A stretch of DNA of 64,000 bases from Octopus bimaculoides (GCF_001194135.2 NC_068995.1:55179601-55243600); one strand, 5' to 3'; shown: positions 1 to 14,163, counted from the first letter of the stretch. Notes: generated by a model from the sequence alone, not told the origin. Translations and numbers: made by a program.

Positions 1-1101
1 ACCTGAGATATACAATTGTTGCATCGGAATAAAACCGGCATGGTAGCACCATTATTTTAGTGGCGAAATTATAGATCAGATGTACAAAATATGTCTCTAT
101 TTGGCGACAAAATTCGCTTGCGTAAAATATGTCAGGAATGTCAAAAATTATCAGGAAACTTTCTTAAAATATATTTTATGGAATATCCACTTTCCAATCA
201 TGTCAGAGGCCATTATTCACTTTCAGATTACTGTTATTTCCAAATGAAGCTCTATGTGAAGTCTCTGTTTCTCTTCACTACTACTATTGCTGCTTCCACT
301 TAATATTTTAGTCATCTGGCATTACTCTAATTTTCAATGAGTGATGTTTCCAAATGGTTGTATTTTATGTTATGGGTTTTTGGATGCCTGTTTTTGCTAA
401 ATGAAGACTTATGGCATGCAGAAGGTTGATAACATTGCTATTTTCTAGTAGTGCCATTACGACACAATTTAATTTGTGATGAGTAAGGAAGCCATGTTAT
501 ACTAAATCTTTTTCTAAAAGTCATAAAAATGCGGTGACGCATTTTCTTGCCAAACTATTTTATGTATATACGTCATATTAGACACAATACTAAACATTTC
601 CTAATAGCATTTGACTGTGTACGGTTGATGAAAATGCAATATAAATTCATAGACACACATGCATTTACATTTATGTAATATACGTGTTTGTATACGTGTG
701 TGTGTGTATGTGTGTGAGTGTGTATGTAGATGTATACATATACACAGACTGTTAAACGTACGAGCAGCATACATTAAGATTTCTCTATGTCTAGAAAGAA
801 ATTCTTGCTAACTCACCAGTTCTTGCATCTAAAATTAAATATGTTGCTAATGTACTTATTTTTATGACCACTCTTAGTAAAGGCTCACAATATGAAACAA
901 TGAAAATATAGTTTCGCTGAAGTAGAGACTGTCAAATTTCCACTCTCGAAATCAATGATCTATTATCGTGGTAAATTGTCAAATAAAAGACGGGTGAATA
1001 ACTGAAATAGAAAACTATCTAAAGAAGTTGCTTGCCGTGTATATTTATATGGCATTACTTCGTAATTTCAAATTTTACCATCTCGATGAACAGTTTTCTA
1101 T

Positions 1102-1127
1102 AACACACACACACACACGCACACACA

Positions 1128-1200
<73 letters not shown>
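1102..1200. repeat. compound (CA)n(TA)n microsatellite
   Basis: direct reading. Confidence 0.97.
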
Positions 1201-1202
<2 letters not shown>

Positions 1203-1929
1203 CGGTCAAACTGGGGACTAGATATGTATGTTTTCCCCACTTTTCTCAAGCATGAAGCAATGTCGAAATTAAATTTTTGCATGAAAATTCTAGTTGGAAG
1301 ATTTTTGTTTTGTTGTTTTTGCAGTGACGAAAAAAATTGATTTCCTTTTGTACGGTAACAGATACAAGGAAGGCCATAAATCACTGTAGTTTGGGCTAAA
1401 AAAAAGAAGCCTGTTGTGTATGTGCGTGTGTTTTCTTGCGACAGAATGAAGGACAGTTCTGAGAGATCGAGATTTATTTGAACTGAAAACAAGAAAGGAC
1501 TTAATTAAATATCTTAAGAAATGTTCATTCTGTTCCCCTACAAATTTGTATTATTGGTGCTACATGCTTGGATATTGCAGTCTTTTATTTCAAATTGAAC
1601 CGTGAAGAACTATTGTCGGCGTTAATTCAGTTCATTTTAAACTCATACGCATGCTCCTTTCCAAATATTTTCCTCCCTCAGTAAACAGTATAGTCAAGAT
1701 TCATGTGGCTAGCATAGCCGTGATTTTAAGAGAATTATTTAGTTTTCCAGGATTTCTGGTTGCAAGGGAATTGTGTGTTCATGACAGAGAACTAAATCAA
1801 TTTTTGTGTTCTGAAGAACTATTCTGTCTTGTTGTAATCTAAATATTAATAATGTGTTCAATATATTCCGTTGAAAAGCCGGAAGATACAGAGTATCTGC
1901 AAATGGTGGATTTAACAGACACTGGTTTA

Positions 1930-1990
1930 AAAATAAGTGGGTGTTCTACTAGAGACAATTCTATTATTCTCCAGGATCGTGCACGTCAAT
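1930..1990 (+). mobile_element. possible Tc1/mariner transposase scrap
   Basis: att att ctc cag gat cgt gca cgt caa = IILQDRARQ, resembling the mariner IILHDNARPH motif; no other motif or TIR found. Confidence 0.2.
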
Positions 1991-3174
1991 AAGCTATTTG
2001 GACGCTCAAATTCACTTACGTGTGTGTATATTGGCACACATTTTTATATTAGCGTTAATTAAAATACGGGCATTCTGGTGATGAAAAATCAGGCCGAAAA
2101 CACATACTTAGCCAGCAGGCATACACAAATATTACAATATATTAATATTTAACGAACAATAAGTGCCGTAAAACGGCAAAAATTATCAATACCAATCGTG
2201 TGAAGTAGAAAATATCAACAGTTTTCCGCTTTTAACTTCACACAACTTTATTGAAAAATATCGGTCTTGCTTCAGAATATGGCTAAACGTTAATAAATGT
2301 GGCATCATAACAAATCGCATTTCGGTTACATGCTTCTCATCCAATAAGCATTTAGTAATTTAAGCACGAAAAAAATAAATGGATTTTTTCCAGTGAAAAA
2401 TTTAACTTTGAATGGATTCAGCATACTAAAAGATGAAGATAAGAACTCGGTTTTAATCTCCTAATGAATCAACTATTTTACTCTTTATTTTAACCATTAG
2501 TTACGAAGTTTTCTGAGATAATGTTCACGCAAAAACTTTCATAGGAGAAAGAAAATCTGATAAGTATTGTAACTCAATGGGTAATGTTTATCTTGCTTGC
2601 AGTAAATCACAAGTTTATTCACAGGAAAAGAGCAAAGAAGGAAACAAGGCAATCTCTATAAATCTCTTTAAATTTAATATAATTTGAAATATAAAACGTA
2701 AAGAGAGACGCTGTTATGTGTTTCAGTTATATCGGTGAAGCACGGCTAAAAATGTGAATGGAAACAATAACTGCACTACTACCATTACGATTATAAAATA
2801 ACGTTTTGTCCAGGGTCATTAGATCGACGGTATCCTGGTATATTAGATTCTAGATTCAAAGTGCATGGTTGCTGTATTTCTGTATGCAATGAATCTAAAA
2901 AGTATCTGTGTACTTCATGATGGTAAAGGAATTACCACTAATCTCATTCAAAATATGTGGTCTTTACTACGTTTAGAATCCAATATATAGTGGAGCACTG
3001 TAGCAATCATTGCAGCATCACACCAAATTCCTTACGATATTCGAGTTATTGAAATTTATCTTCTAGGAATAAATTCCTCCTATCTCTACGTTTGTTTCAT
3101 CCTTGGGTATATTTTAGTATATATTAACTACGCCTTCTTTTATGTTTTATTTCAAGCCTGCCACTATAGCACCA

Positions 3175-3355
3175 TTTATTTCTTTATTGCCCACAGGGGG
3201 CTAAACATAGAGGGGACAAACAAGGACAGACAAAGAGATGAAGCCGATTACATCGACCCCAGTGAGTAACTGGTACTTATTTAATCGACCCCGAAAGGAT
3301 GAAAAGCAAAGTCGACATCGGCAGAATTTGAACTGAGAACGTAACGGCAGACATA
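3175..3355 (-). mobile_element. tRNA-derived SINE, family A (5'-truncated)
   Basis: Near-identical to 50757-50960: tctttattgcccaca..ggctaaacatagaggggacaaacaaggacagacaaa..gattacatcgaccccagtg..aactggtac..tcgaccccgaaaggatgaaaagcaaagtcgac..cggcagaatttgaact; B-box-like GTTCAAATTC on the minus strand. Confidence 0.9.
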
Positions 3356-3436
3356 ATCGCAATATATATGAAATAATAATGATTTTATGGATTATGCTGC
3401 CTCGTCATTATTACACGAAATGCATATTAGTATCTG

Positions 3437-3476
3437 TACTGATTATAATGAGGGTATTCCCTCATTATAATCAGTA
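3437..3476. other. perfect 18-bp inverted repeat with 4-nt loop
   Basis: tactgattataatgaggg-tatt-ccctcattataatcagta; arms are exact reverse complements. Confidence 0.97.
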
Positions 3477-5039
3477 AGCTGGTATAAGTCGGTATGAGTG
3501 TGAATAGAACGTAGAAAGTCATACATGTTTTTCGTCATACATTACGTTTTGTTAAACATCAACAGTAAACAGCTATTCATTTTCACCAAAATAAATGCAT
3601 CTGTATTGATTCTATAGTAGACAGAATTATCATATTTATTGTATCTACAGAAATGCCGAGGCTGGAAATAATAATTTAGACATAGAAAGTCATTTTGATA
3701 TGTAACTTCCCATTGTTTACATTTAGGAATATGCAAGTAGAATTATAGAAAGGAAAATAAAGCATCTACATGTAGCCTCCTGACCTTTAGAATAATAGAC
3801 ACATTTTACCATTTAAATACCATGTGTTTCAAGTAATCAAAAGTCTTCACGAATAAATTTACATTCATCTCTCAATACTGATAAAATTCATGGTCGGAGA
3901 AAGTGAATAAAAAACTGTAAAGTGAAATCTCATGGAACACGCAAGCANNNNNNNNNNNNNNNNNNNNNNNNNNNNNNNNNNNNNNNNNNNNNNNNNNNNN
4001 NNNNNNNNNNNNNNNNNNNNNNNNNNNNNNNNNNNNNNNNNNNNNNNNNNNNNNNNNNNNNNNNNNNNNNNNNNNNNNNNNNNNNNNNNNNNNNNNNNNN
4101 NNNNNNNNNNNNNNNNNNNNNNNNNNNNNNNNNNNNNNNNNNNNNNNNNNNNNNNNNNNNNNNNNNNNNNNNNNNNNNNNNNNNNNNNNNNNNNNNNNNN
4201 NNNNNNNNNNNNNNNNNNNNNNNNNNNNNNNNNNNNNNNNNNNNNNNNNNNNNNNNNNNNNNNNNNNNNNNNNNNNNNNNNNNNNNNNNNNNNNNNNNNN
4301 NNNNNNNNNNNNNNNNNNNNNNNNNNNNNNNNNNNNNNNNNNNNNNNNNNNNNNNNNNNNNNNNNNNNNNNNNNNNNNNNNNNNNNNNNNNNNNNNNNNN
4401 NNNNNNNNNNNNNNNNNNNNNNNNNNNNNNNNNNNNNNNNNNNNNNNNNNNNNNNNNNNNNNNNNNNNNNNNNNNNNNNNNNNNNNNNNNNNNNNNNNNN
4501 NNNNNNNNNNNNNNNNNNNNNNNNNNNNNNNNNNNNNNNNNNNNNNNNNNNNNNNNNNNNNNNNNNNNNNNNNNNNNNNNNNNNNNNNNNNNNNNNNNNN
4601 NNNNNNNNNNNNNNNNNNNNNNNNNNNNNNNNNNNNNNNNNTGGCAGCTGGAACGTAAGTATCGATTAATAACAATGACACAGTATTCGGTTTGCAACCA
4701 CGGTATACACGGCCTGGTATATTAAAGAAGATATTACGGAAGATACTAACCGTAATATCTAATACTTTTTCACTGTATTGTGTATTTGTTGCTTTTGGTA
4801 TCTCATACTTGTTATGGATGTCTATAAGAATGAAGCTGTGTACCTTAATTTACCTTATACGAATACCAAGAAGAAATCTTGCGAACGAGAATTCATATTC
4901 ACGATATACCTACAGAAATCACCTTAGGAGACACATCTACACTGAGGGGCACACATAATTTTCAGAATCCCACTCGCGTGGAATCGATGTCGAGTTGGAG
5001 AGTAGCAATTGTAGTGATTAAGTGATCACTAAGATTCAA

Positions 5040-5220
5040 ATATCTCCACAATTCCGTCTCCCTCAGGCGGGAAGCAACTGCTCTGACGAAGACGCATCTT
5101 GTGGTAATGCTCGCAATGCGGAGTAGATAAAACTGCCGACAACTGATGAAGAGGTGTTGTTTATGTTGACTCTGTCGCTTTTCTATTTGTTTCTTTTGTA
5201 TAAACGAAAATCTGTTTCAA
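5040..5220 (+). mobile_element. probable Penelope-like terminal (pLTR) region with degenerate hammerhead-like motifs
   Basis: ctgct-CTGACGA-a-ga(c)gcat..atgctc-GCAA-tgcgg-agtag (stems I and II can pair; GAAA and NUH degenerate) and a second CTGATGA-agag..ctct at 5143, then a T-rich tail. Confidence 0.4.
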
Positions 5221-6456
5221 AGGATTCTACAAAGCATAAATATTTAGTAACTTTTAATTTTTTAAACTTTAAAATTGAATTTTTTTAAATGTTTAAACTT
5301 AAAAACTTTTTGGAAATACGATAAATATTTAAACACATATTTAATCTTAGATTATATCTTATAGTAGTATAGATAAAAAATGTAACAGTTTAAAATGGTA
5401 TAATCTCACATGCTATTGTTTGCATGATTAATTGAAAGCAGTTTAACTACCTAGCATTTAAGTTGTATTACTTCTATTGAGTTACATCAGTTTTAAACAG
5501 AACAGAAGGAATTGTTGTTTGCATCGACAAACCTAACAGGATGTATACAAAACTATATATATATATATATAACTTTGTATACACACAATTAAAAGGACAC
5601 CATATATATTTACCTTTTGCTTTTCCAAATAATTCTCACGAACACATATCAATAAATATCATATGTTGACTCAATATGATTTGAACCAAAATGTGATCCT
5701 ACAACAAAACTATATACATGCCTTAATCATACACCTTGACACAGCAGCACACCATCTAATTAAAGGATATTTGTATTAATATCGCTCAAGAGCTAACTGC
5801 GTCTAGTTAGAAAGAAGGTCAACAGATTTATAAAGAATATTAATTAAATTTCAATATGCGCAGAATAACAACAATTGACGTAATTGGCTATCGTGTTAAT
5901 AAGTGCAAATTATAGAATAGCATGTGCTTGCTGTGTTGTTTAAACACTTAGTTAAGACATCTTGAAATCAACAAGGAGAGTAATGCAATACCTTGAGGCG
6001 TTTCAACAAGAAATTCTGTGGCTGTATGTTTACATTGACAATGTATTCATGTGTTATGTAAGAATTATTAAAAGCCGTTACTATAAAAGAAGTGAGAAAT
6101 ATCAAATACATAACTGTTATAAATACGTTTATATATAATTAGTAGAATGTTTAATACTGATTCGTTCCAAATATTTTTAACATCTGAAATATTAGATGGC
6201 CACTATTAACGTCATCTTAAGTGTATTTAGTTAATATATCAGAGACGGTAGGAGAGAATGTGAGAACGAGAGAAATCGTTCTGGAAGCATTGGCTGATAT
6301 ATGTAAATGTTTCTAAATGTATTTCATATGGCAAAAACATACCGAAATATTACAAGTCGATGTACCTTTATTATGTGTTTCAATATTGGGACGATAGGAC
6401 CTCATAAGCAAATCTTCGAATATTTGGTATTGTGCGCCGAATTTTCTCTTCTGTAG

Positions 6457-6520
6457 TGTTTGTATATGAACGTTTTTGTATATGCACTGGATAGCATTGC
6501 TATGGCAACCAATGAGCTGC
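6457..6520 (+). CDS. candidate internal exon, CLYMNVFVYALDSIAMATNEL(R)
   Basis: strong acceptor ttttctcttctgtag|; open frame, phase 0 to 1, compatible with 6602; donor c|gtacaa is weak. Confidence 0.25.
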
Positions 6521-6601
6521 GTACAACTTAGTTGTGCAGTTCCTACATTGTTTTTTGCTGTTTTGGCTTCTCTTATCCACACGTTTCGTTGTGTCATCCA
6601 G

Positions 6602-6656
6602 GGAAACTTGGATGCATTTGGGCTGCATTTCCATTGACATTTTTTACGGAAGAAGA
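6602..6656 (+). CDS. candidate internal exon, (x)KLGCIWAAFPLTFFTEE(E)
   Basis: long pyrimidine tract ending catccag|, donor ga|gttagc, open frame, phase 1 to 2 matching 7034/7043. Confidence 0.35.
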
Positions 6657-7033
6657 GTTAGCATAGAGATGTATTTTAATTTTTATGTGCACGTTCCTCA
6701 AGATATTTCGGATTAAGCTTCCTTACATTATTAATTGTAATTACATACACACAATTAAAGGGATAAAAATGTATTTCGTTGCTTGATTGAGAAGTTGGAC
6801 AACTTGCATACAGCGTTACTATGCGTTGTCTTTATATATCTTTCTTTATAAGTTATGGCGCTACAAAAGGTATCCGTATATTGAATCTATACCAAATCGC
6901 ACACTGGCGCCTCACGCGAATGTGTGGTTTACCATACACATGCGCACATAGAAAAGAAGCGTTAAAAGATGATAATGATGATGTTATGGGTATACATATA
7001 ACTATATGTTTGCGTGTGTGTGTGTATGTGTAG

Positions 7034-7124
7034 ATTTCTCAGGCGAGTAGTGTACGAGTACTCAGTTATAACCCGGTCAAAGCTAACCACATCGGGTTCT
7101 AAGAAGCACCTAAGATTACTGAAG
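7034..7124 (+). CDS. candidate internal exon, FLRRVVYEYSVITRSKLTTSGSKKHLRLLK (alternative acceptor at 7043)
   Basis: acceptor gtgtag| or tttctcag|, canonical donor gaag|gtaagc, only one open frame, GC-richer than flanks, ends phase 0. Confidence 0.5.
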
Positions 7125-8681
7125 GTAAGCAGTCCCAATTTACTTCAACCGATGGGTAAATCTTTGGTTCGCTTCGCTGAATTATAAACATTTTACCAAG
7201 ACAGTTACAATGAATACTGCATATGTGGCACACACACATACATAGATCGTAAAATATTACCCCTACTGATATTTTGATGCCGCATTTTATATTCCGTTCC
7301 CATTCGCCAAGTCTTAATAAGATGGGCATCACATGTTCCACAATGTAGGTCAATTAAATACATTATAAGGCAAAATATTAGAGCTGATGTGATCATCTAC
7401 ATCTAGTGAAAATATTGGCCAATGTTGGACGTGACCGAGTAACCGAAAGTAATCAATGACTAAAAGAGTAAAAGAACCACATCCAAAAAACATCTTCTAC
7501 ATACCATTTCGAAAGTAAGCAGGAATTTCCTTTACATTCAGGAAGCAAATATATTTAAATTTCTTTTTATATTAATAAACAATTTAGGATATAAATTCTC
7601 ATCAGCAATTTAGTTACATCATAAACATCATAATTACAATTTATTCCGCTTTAAACTATTCGTGATTAACGAGATGAGATGTTAAACTATATAAAATAGA
7701 TACGGTAATGTTTAGATATATTACTTAATTCCTATTCGCACAATGTAAATTCTTTGATATTTTGGTAGAGAAACCTTATAACGATTTCATTTTATGTTTT
7801 ATTTTTCAACATTACAGTGCGTCACTTCCTATTTTATGAGGGTTATATTGCACAAAATGGTGAATACTTCATACCTATTTATTATCTTTTATGTCTTAAT
7901 TTTCTCATGGTTATATCTCGTAAGGCAATGTACAATATGTTGAAATATATAGTTCTCACAATTTATTCGTTTATTTTCGCTTATTATGTATACATATTCC
8001 TTATTATGGAATGGAATAGATAAAAAATAATGAATCTTCTGTTCCAATATATTTCAGTGATAAACGAAACTTGTCTTAGAAAGAGAGATAATATATGTGT
8101 TTTATTGATCTTGTTGTTGCCACGCGGTTCATTTTGTATTGGTGTCAAGATAATTTGTTGTTCTTTTCTGTTTTATAGTTTCGAGTTAATTTTATTATAT
8201 ACTTTCTATATTAATATCTTACACAATAAAGACGTGGAAACAAAAATTGTAACAGAAGGAATCATTGTTGATATTTGTTGTTGTGAAAATGGCACTCCCC
8301 TTTCCGCGTGACTAAGTGGTATGAACAAGGCATTATAAAGTCTGACAGTCAGTCGTTGTAAAATGTCAGTAGTAGTAGAGTCGTTGTGCGAGTTCTCAGT
8401 TAGTCAGTGTCATTTACGTGACATGTACGATTTCCAGTCTTCGCTAAGGTAGATGATTCAGTCATTGTCTTGCGATAGACGAGTCAAAGATAATGACAAT
8501 GGCATGTTTATTATATCTACTCATTGCTACAAAATAGGATATTGAGATTTATTATCAAGTAACAATGTTTTACATTTGTAACGAGTTAATTTGACGAATT
8601 TTTTCGTTTTTAAAATAGCATCCATAGAGACATTGCTACATAGTTATGAAGGCGGAATTGCATTTTTAAGGATTAATACGC

Positions 8682-8744
8682 ATATTAGATTTAATATTAG
8701 ATTTAATATTAGATTTAATATTAGATTTAATATTAGATTTAATA
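8682..8744. repeat. 12-bp minisatellite (atattagattta)x5
   Basis: five exact tandem copies plus a partial. Confidence 0.97.
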
Positions 8745-9989
8745 CAGTGGCTCTGGACTTCCAGAAATGTCTATTCTGCTGCAGAAATTCTGTTCTGCTT
8801 TCTCACCATGAATGACTCATTCTTTATTTTTCTACAACTTTCTGTGACCCGACAATATAATGGTAAAGAATTATAAACGCAGAATAAATTGTTATAAAGA
8901 AGAGAAACTCGCAATGCAGGATCTGATTACAACGTGTAACATTTTGAACAAATATACCTTATCATGGCGTGCGGTTAAGTTGTGAATAAAATTCGGTTGA
9001 CAAAGCTGTGCAGAAAATTAGTTGTGTGAGAGAGAGTGAGTGAGTGATAGTTCGCAGCATTGTGGACTCAAGTCGCTCATCCACACACACGCCCGCACGG
9101 ACGCGCACACACGCATACACACTTACACGCACGCACCCACACATACATACACACACATATATCCATTCAGTTCTTTCCCCTTACATCAAGCTTTACTTTT
9201 CATTTCGAATCTTGAAATAAATATCAAAACAGTTCTAGGGTGACATAATTCACTAAACGGATTTTCTGAAGGCTTTGCACAAGCATGGCTGCCGAATAAA
9301 CACTAAAAGTGGCAACGTAACCAATAATACAACGACATTACATTTCTTTGTTAAACACTTCATTTTACCCTCTCCGGGAAACATACATACAACCCAAAAG
9401 GCCTCGCTTACATTTCTCTGAATCCCTTCCTATTTTGATAGAAAAGATGGCTACATACATTGTACTCCAGTTTATCCTTTCTATTTATTTTATCGTTAAC
9501 AAAGAGTAGGAACTAAATACTCTAATATATTCTATTTGGTGCTGAATCATTTTTGACCTTTTCATCCTCTTTTGAAATTTATTCAATTATTCATTGTACG
9601 TACATTGTATGTAGATTGTGTCTAAATTTTCTAATGTGTTGCCCTTAGAAAATATATATCAACAAACAATTTAGTTACAAGGAAACAAAGAAAAACTGTT
9701 ATTGTTTGTGTAAAATACACAAATGGAAGGAACACAAATTAACTATTCCTTCGAAAAAAATCCTTTGAATGCATTGTACCACAACAATTATGTATATTGT
9801 CTTGGTTTAAAAATAATTTACGGGTGTGTCTGAAACCATCATTTACTTGCATACAAAATATCTTAAAGTATATTTAGATATAACAGATAAATAATTCACA
9901 TACAGGAGAATCTACACCTACCAAAGTAAACACACGCAAAGACACACAGATACATAAAACCACATGTACAAACCCATATATACATATAT

Positions 9990-9991
<2 letters not shown>

Positions 9992-10044
<53 letters not shown>
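9992..10044. repeat. (GA)n microsatellite running into a gap
   Basis: direct reading. Confidence 0.97.
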
Positions 10045-10695
10045 NNNNNNNNNNNNNNNNNNNNNNNNNNNNNNNNNNNNNNNNNNNNNNNNNNNNNNNN
10101 NNNNNNNNNNNNNNNNNNNNNNNNNNNNNNNNNNNNNNNNNNNNNNNNNNNNNNNNNNNNNNNNNNNNNNNNNNNNNNNNNNNNNNNNNNNNNNNNNNNN
10201 NNNNNNNNNNNNNNNNNNNNNNNNNNNNNNNNNNNNNNNNNNNNNNNNNNNNNNNNNNNNNNNNNNNNNNNNNNNNNNNNNNNNNNNNNNNNNNNNNNNN
10301 NNNNNNNNNNNNNNNNNNNNNNNNNNNNNNNNNNNNNNNNNNNNNNNNNNNNNNNNNNNNNNNNNNNNNNNNNNNNNNNNNNNNNNNNNNNNNNNNNNNN
10401 NNNNNNNNNNNNNNNNNNNNNNNNNNNNNNNNNNNNNNNNNNNNNNNNNNNNNNNNNNNNNNNNNNNNNNNNNNNNNNNNNNNNNNNNNNNNNNNNNNNN
10501 NNNNNNNNNNNNNNNNNNNNNNNNNNNNNNNNNNNNNNNNNNNNNNNNNNNNNNNNNNNNNNNNNNNNNNNNNNNNNNNNNNNNNNNNNNNNNNNNNNNN
10601 NNNNNNNNNNNNNNNNNNNNNNNNNNNNNNNNNNNNNNNNNNNNNNNNTATATATACTTGTATGTATATATGTATGTATGTACATATTTATGACA

Positions 10696-10748
10696 GATAG
10701 ATAGATAGATAGATAGTTAGATAGATAGATAGATAGATAGATAGATAT
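10696..10748. repeat. (GATA)n microsatellite
   Basis: direct reading. Confidence 0.95.
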
Positions 10749-13700
10749 GAATCAAAATGATAGATTTTTCTCACTCAATACATGCATACTTATATATGTA
10801 CATTCAAGAAAATTTTTTCTTCTCTTTAGTTTTTCCTATTATATCACGAAACACAATTACAGTATCTGGAGTTAAATCACTTTGTGAATTAGAATTCTAG
10901 AAAATTACTCGGATGTATTTATTTGTTCTTTTAGTTCACATAGAAATATCAGGAAATTATATACGCATAAATTTCTATATATACATTGCAACTTTGTTAT
11001 TCCTTCCTGTTTTCCAATGCAACATCATATTGTGTAATGTGACTGTAAGCCGAATGCCATTCATTAATCAAATATATATATTGCCGACAACAGTTGTGTG
11101 CATAAAAGATGGTTCATAAATAACTATGCTATTAAACAATATTTTGAGCGCCTTTATATGAATATTGGTGAGGATTAATTCATGAATTGTCTACCATCCA
11201 ATTGCATAAAGATTACTGGTTACCTTCCAAAATATACACATGTTAAAATTCTCTCAGAATAGCAAAGAAAGAAATGGAACATTAGAAGGTGTATAATATA
11301 CGTTAAAGTGAAAATGATATCCTCTTGAAGATAAAAAGCGCGTTGCAACACTGCTTTATCAAATGTGTAGCTCACTATTTGTGATCTTCCCTAGAAAGTA
11401 AACGAAAAAATCTTCATATCGGTTGCGGCTCACGGAAGAACAATTATACATAATTCAAAGCACGAAACTCTCATTCAATGAGATACTTAGTAAGTTCTGC
11501 CAAATGAATATAGCAAGTTATATACGCTCATGAATTGAGTTTAATTTATCCTCTTTGTTCTAACAAACCTACATACATACGTATGCATTTTGTATACATA
11601 TACACACATTAACACACACACACACACACACATACACACAGATATTCATGCACATCATTTTTTAGCATTGATGCATTAGAGTCAAGGTGCCCCAACGAGT
11701 AGGACACATACACTCTCTCACACACATGCATACATACACAAACACAAGCACGTACACATATACATAGTAAGATGTATAGATACATACATACGTACATGAA
11801 TACAAACGTATATGCATATCGACACACAATCAGTACCGATACAACAATAGGAGACTAGGCCTTTATAACGAGTCAATGCATCCGAGACGTTCTCTCATGT
11901 CATGACTTTCTGTCAACTATACGCGTATATACCTATATTTTTCTAGTGTAAGAAAAACAGTCCAGAGGAGTATTCAAAAATATATGATTTTTTTCATATG
12001 TACATAATGAGTAGGTTCTGTATAATACAATGCGATTTCTTCAGTTTTAGATAGCTAGCGTTCAACAACGTCATCTCTAACAAACTTTCCAATGAAATTA
12101 CAAAGATTGGATAATGAAATTTGGAAATTCTTCGGATACCGGTCAAATTCTACGTTTTCTATATATACCATCTTTTTTAATTCATATAGAATAATTGACT
12201 TTCATGGGAATACAAAATCCGTATTGGTTGCAACAGAGATCCTGGGAAAATTTTACGTTTAATGAATCTATAATACAAATACCAATGTTTATCAGAATAA
12301 TAATTTTGAAAGTGTTTCGTTATGTTAAGTACTTCCTGATCTTATTCTTAATATTCCATTGAGCTTACCTCAAGCGTTCAATAGGAAATGACTTTTCACC
12401 CATAAGACTACTTAAGATCGAATTTTATATCGACATTTGCACCGAAACGTATCTCTATTATAATGTGATGAATGGTAATTTCATCAGTCATCTTAAACTA
12501 TGTTAAAGCAAGGTTTCTACAATGAGAAATAAGAGAAATAAAGAATAATTGATTAGTATAGAATTTGTTTTAATTGACTGAATTTTCAATGCGAAATTTG
12601 AAGTAAAACTATATTTATTTTTATGTAATTATGATTTATAACATTCATTGTTTTACATATTTGAAGACTTTCCGAACTAGGACGCTTGTTATCAACATTT
12701 TTCTTCTTGCGTCGCAACCAATTGCTGTTATAAATCATATTCTCAAACTGCTATATGTTACAACCCTAAATATGGATTCGAAATAGATTAACATTAATTT
12801 CTCTCAGTGTAATTTATTTTCTCTCGCGAGAAATATGCTTTTCGTTGTAAAATTAAACTTATTAAACTGAAGTGAATCAGACAATATTTATAAAGTTCTC
12901 ACTTCTCAGATATATAATTTTATCATTCAAATCAGTAGCACATACTATTGATATTTATTGATTCTGTAAAATTGTGCTTCATTTTTAGAGAAAATTTACA
13001 AGGAAGAATTACAGAAAAGAATGAAATTCCGACGAGAAATATATGAAAGTAAACAATAAATGTCTCACGAACCAAGAATGTATTTTGTCGAGCTCTAATG
13101 AACGTAACACGTTTCTAGCCTAGCTAGTAATCTGTGAAATAATATTAGATTAGAAACAATATTAAAGAAGGTGTTATAATTTTTTTAGAATTAAAGTCGA
13201 AACGGAATCCTGTTATAGTAGAAAGCATATCGGTGTTAGGATCAATGAAAACATAGAATAGAAACGAATGACAAAATTGATATATAAGACTGGCAAATCA
13301 TCAAAATGAAGAGGAATGTGTGGGTGAAGAGAATTAATGTGTGTCAAACTATTCACATAGAAAATCTTTTCTGCAGCTGTGAGATGAATTAACGATTTTC
13401 CTTGCCAAAATTTGTGAACATAGATTCAGCTTAGTGAACTCAGACAGCAACGAAAGTAAAACCGTACCAGAGTGAAAACGACAGTTTGAAAGATAATAGC
13501 GCGAGAAAAAGAAAACGGTAGTGAAAGAGAAAGAAAAAATACAAGAGGTACAATTCAATCCGCAAAAATTCTAAATACGAATGTATACAGATATTATAGA
13601 AGAGTTGGTGAGACCAACCGAAAAATTAACGTTAGTTTATACTTTCCAAAATAAAGAAATTTTGCTTGCATAAGCTAGATCTCGAAGAAGATTAGAATAC

Positions 13701-14163
13701 ATATGAATGCAATACAAACTGCATGAAAATGTTTAATATGATCTCAAAAGATTGCGCTTTAATCTGACTTATATATATACAATCGAGCCATTAAGCGTGG
13801 TTTCATATTTTCTATGTTTGTATTACCTATGAACATACACACGAACATGCACACACATATATAGATATGTATTTAAATAGATAGATTGATAAATAAGTTG
13901 GTAAATGGATTGGTATGTAGATAGATCGATAGATAGATACATACATACCAACATAGCTAGATAATATCCATGAATACTGGATTAATATGTTATTCAAAAG
14001 TTTTCACTTCATGTATGTTACAAAAACACAATTATGTTATATATTAAAATATTATGCTAACCCGTTTATATACTTTGCATTTAAATCCAAAACTATTTTT
14101 TAATGATTGACATTTACCACAGAAACTGTTCTGTTTACCAGTGAAATGTGATGTTTCCCACAG

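Noticed and set aside
8682-8744. CRISPR-like or homeodomain-site array
   Set aside because: There are no spacers; it is a simple 12-bp head-to-tail minisatellite in a eukaryotic context
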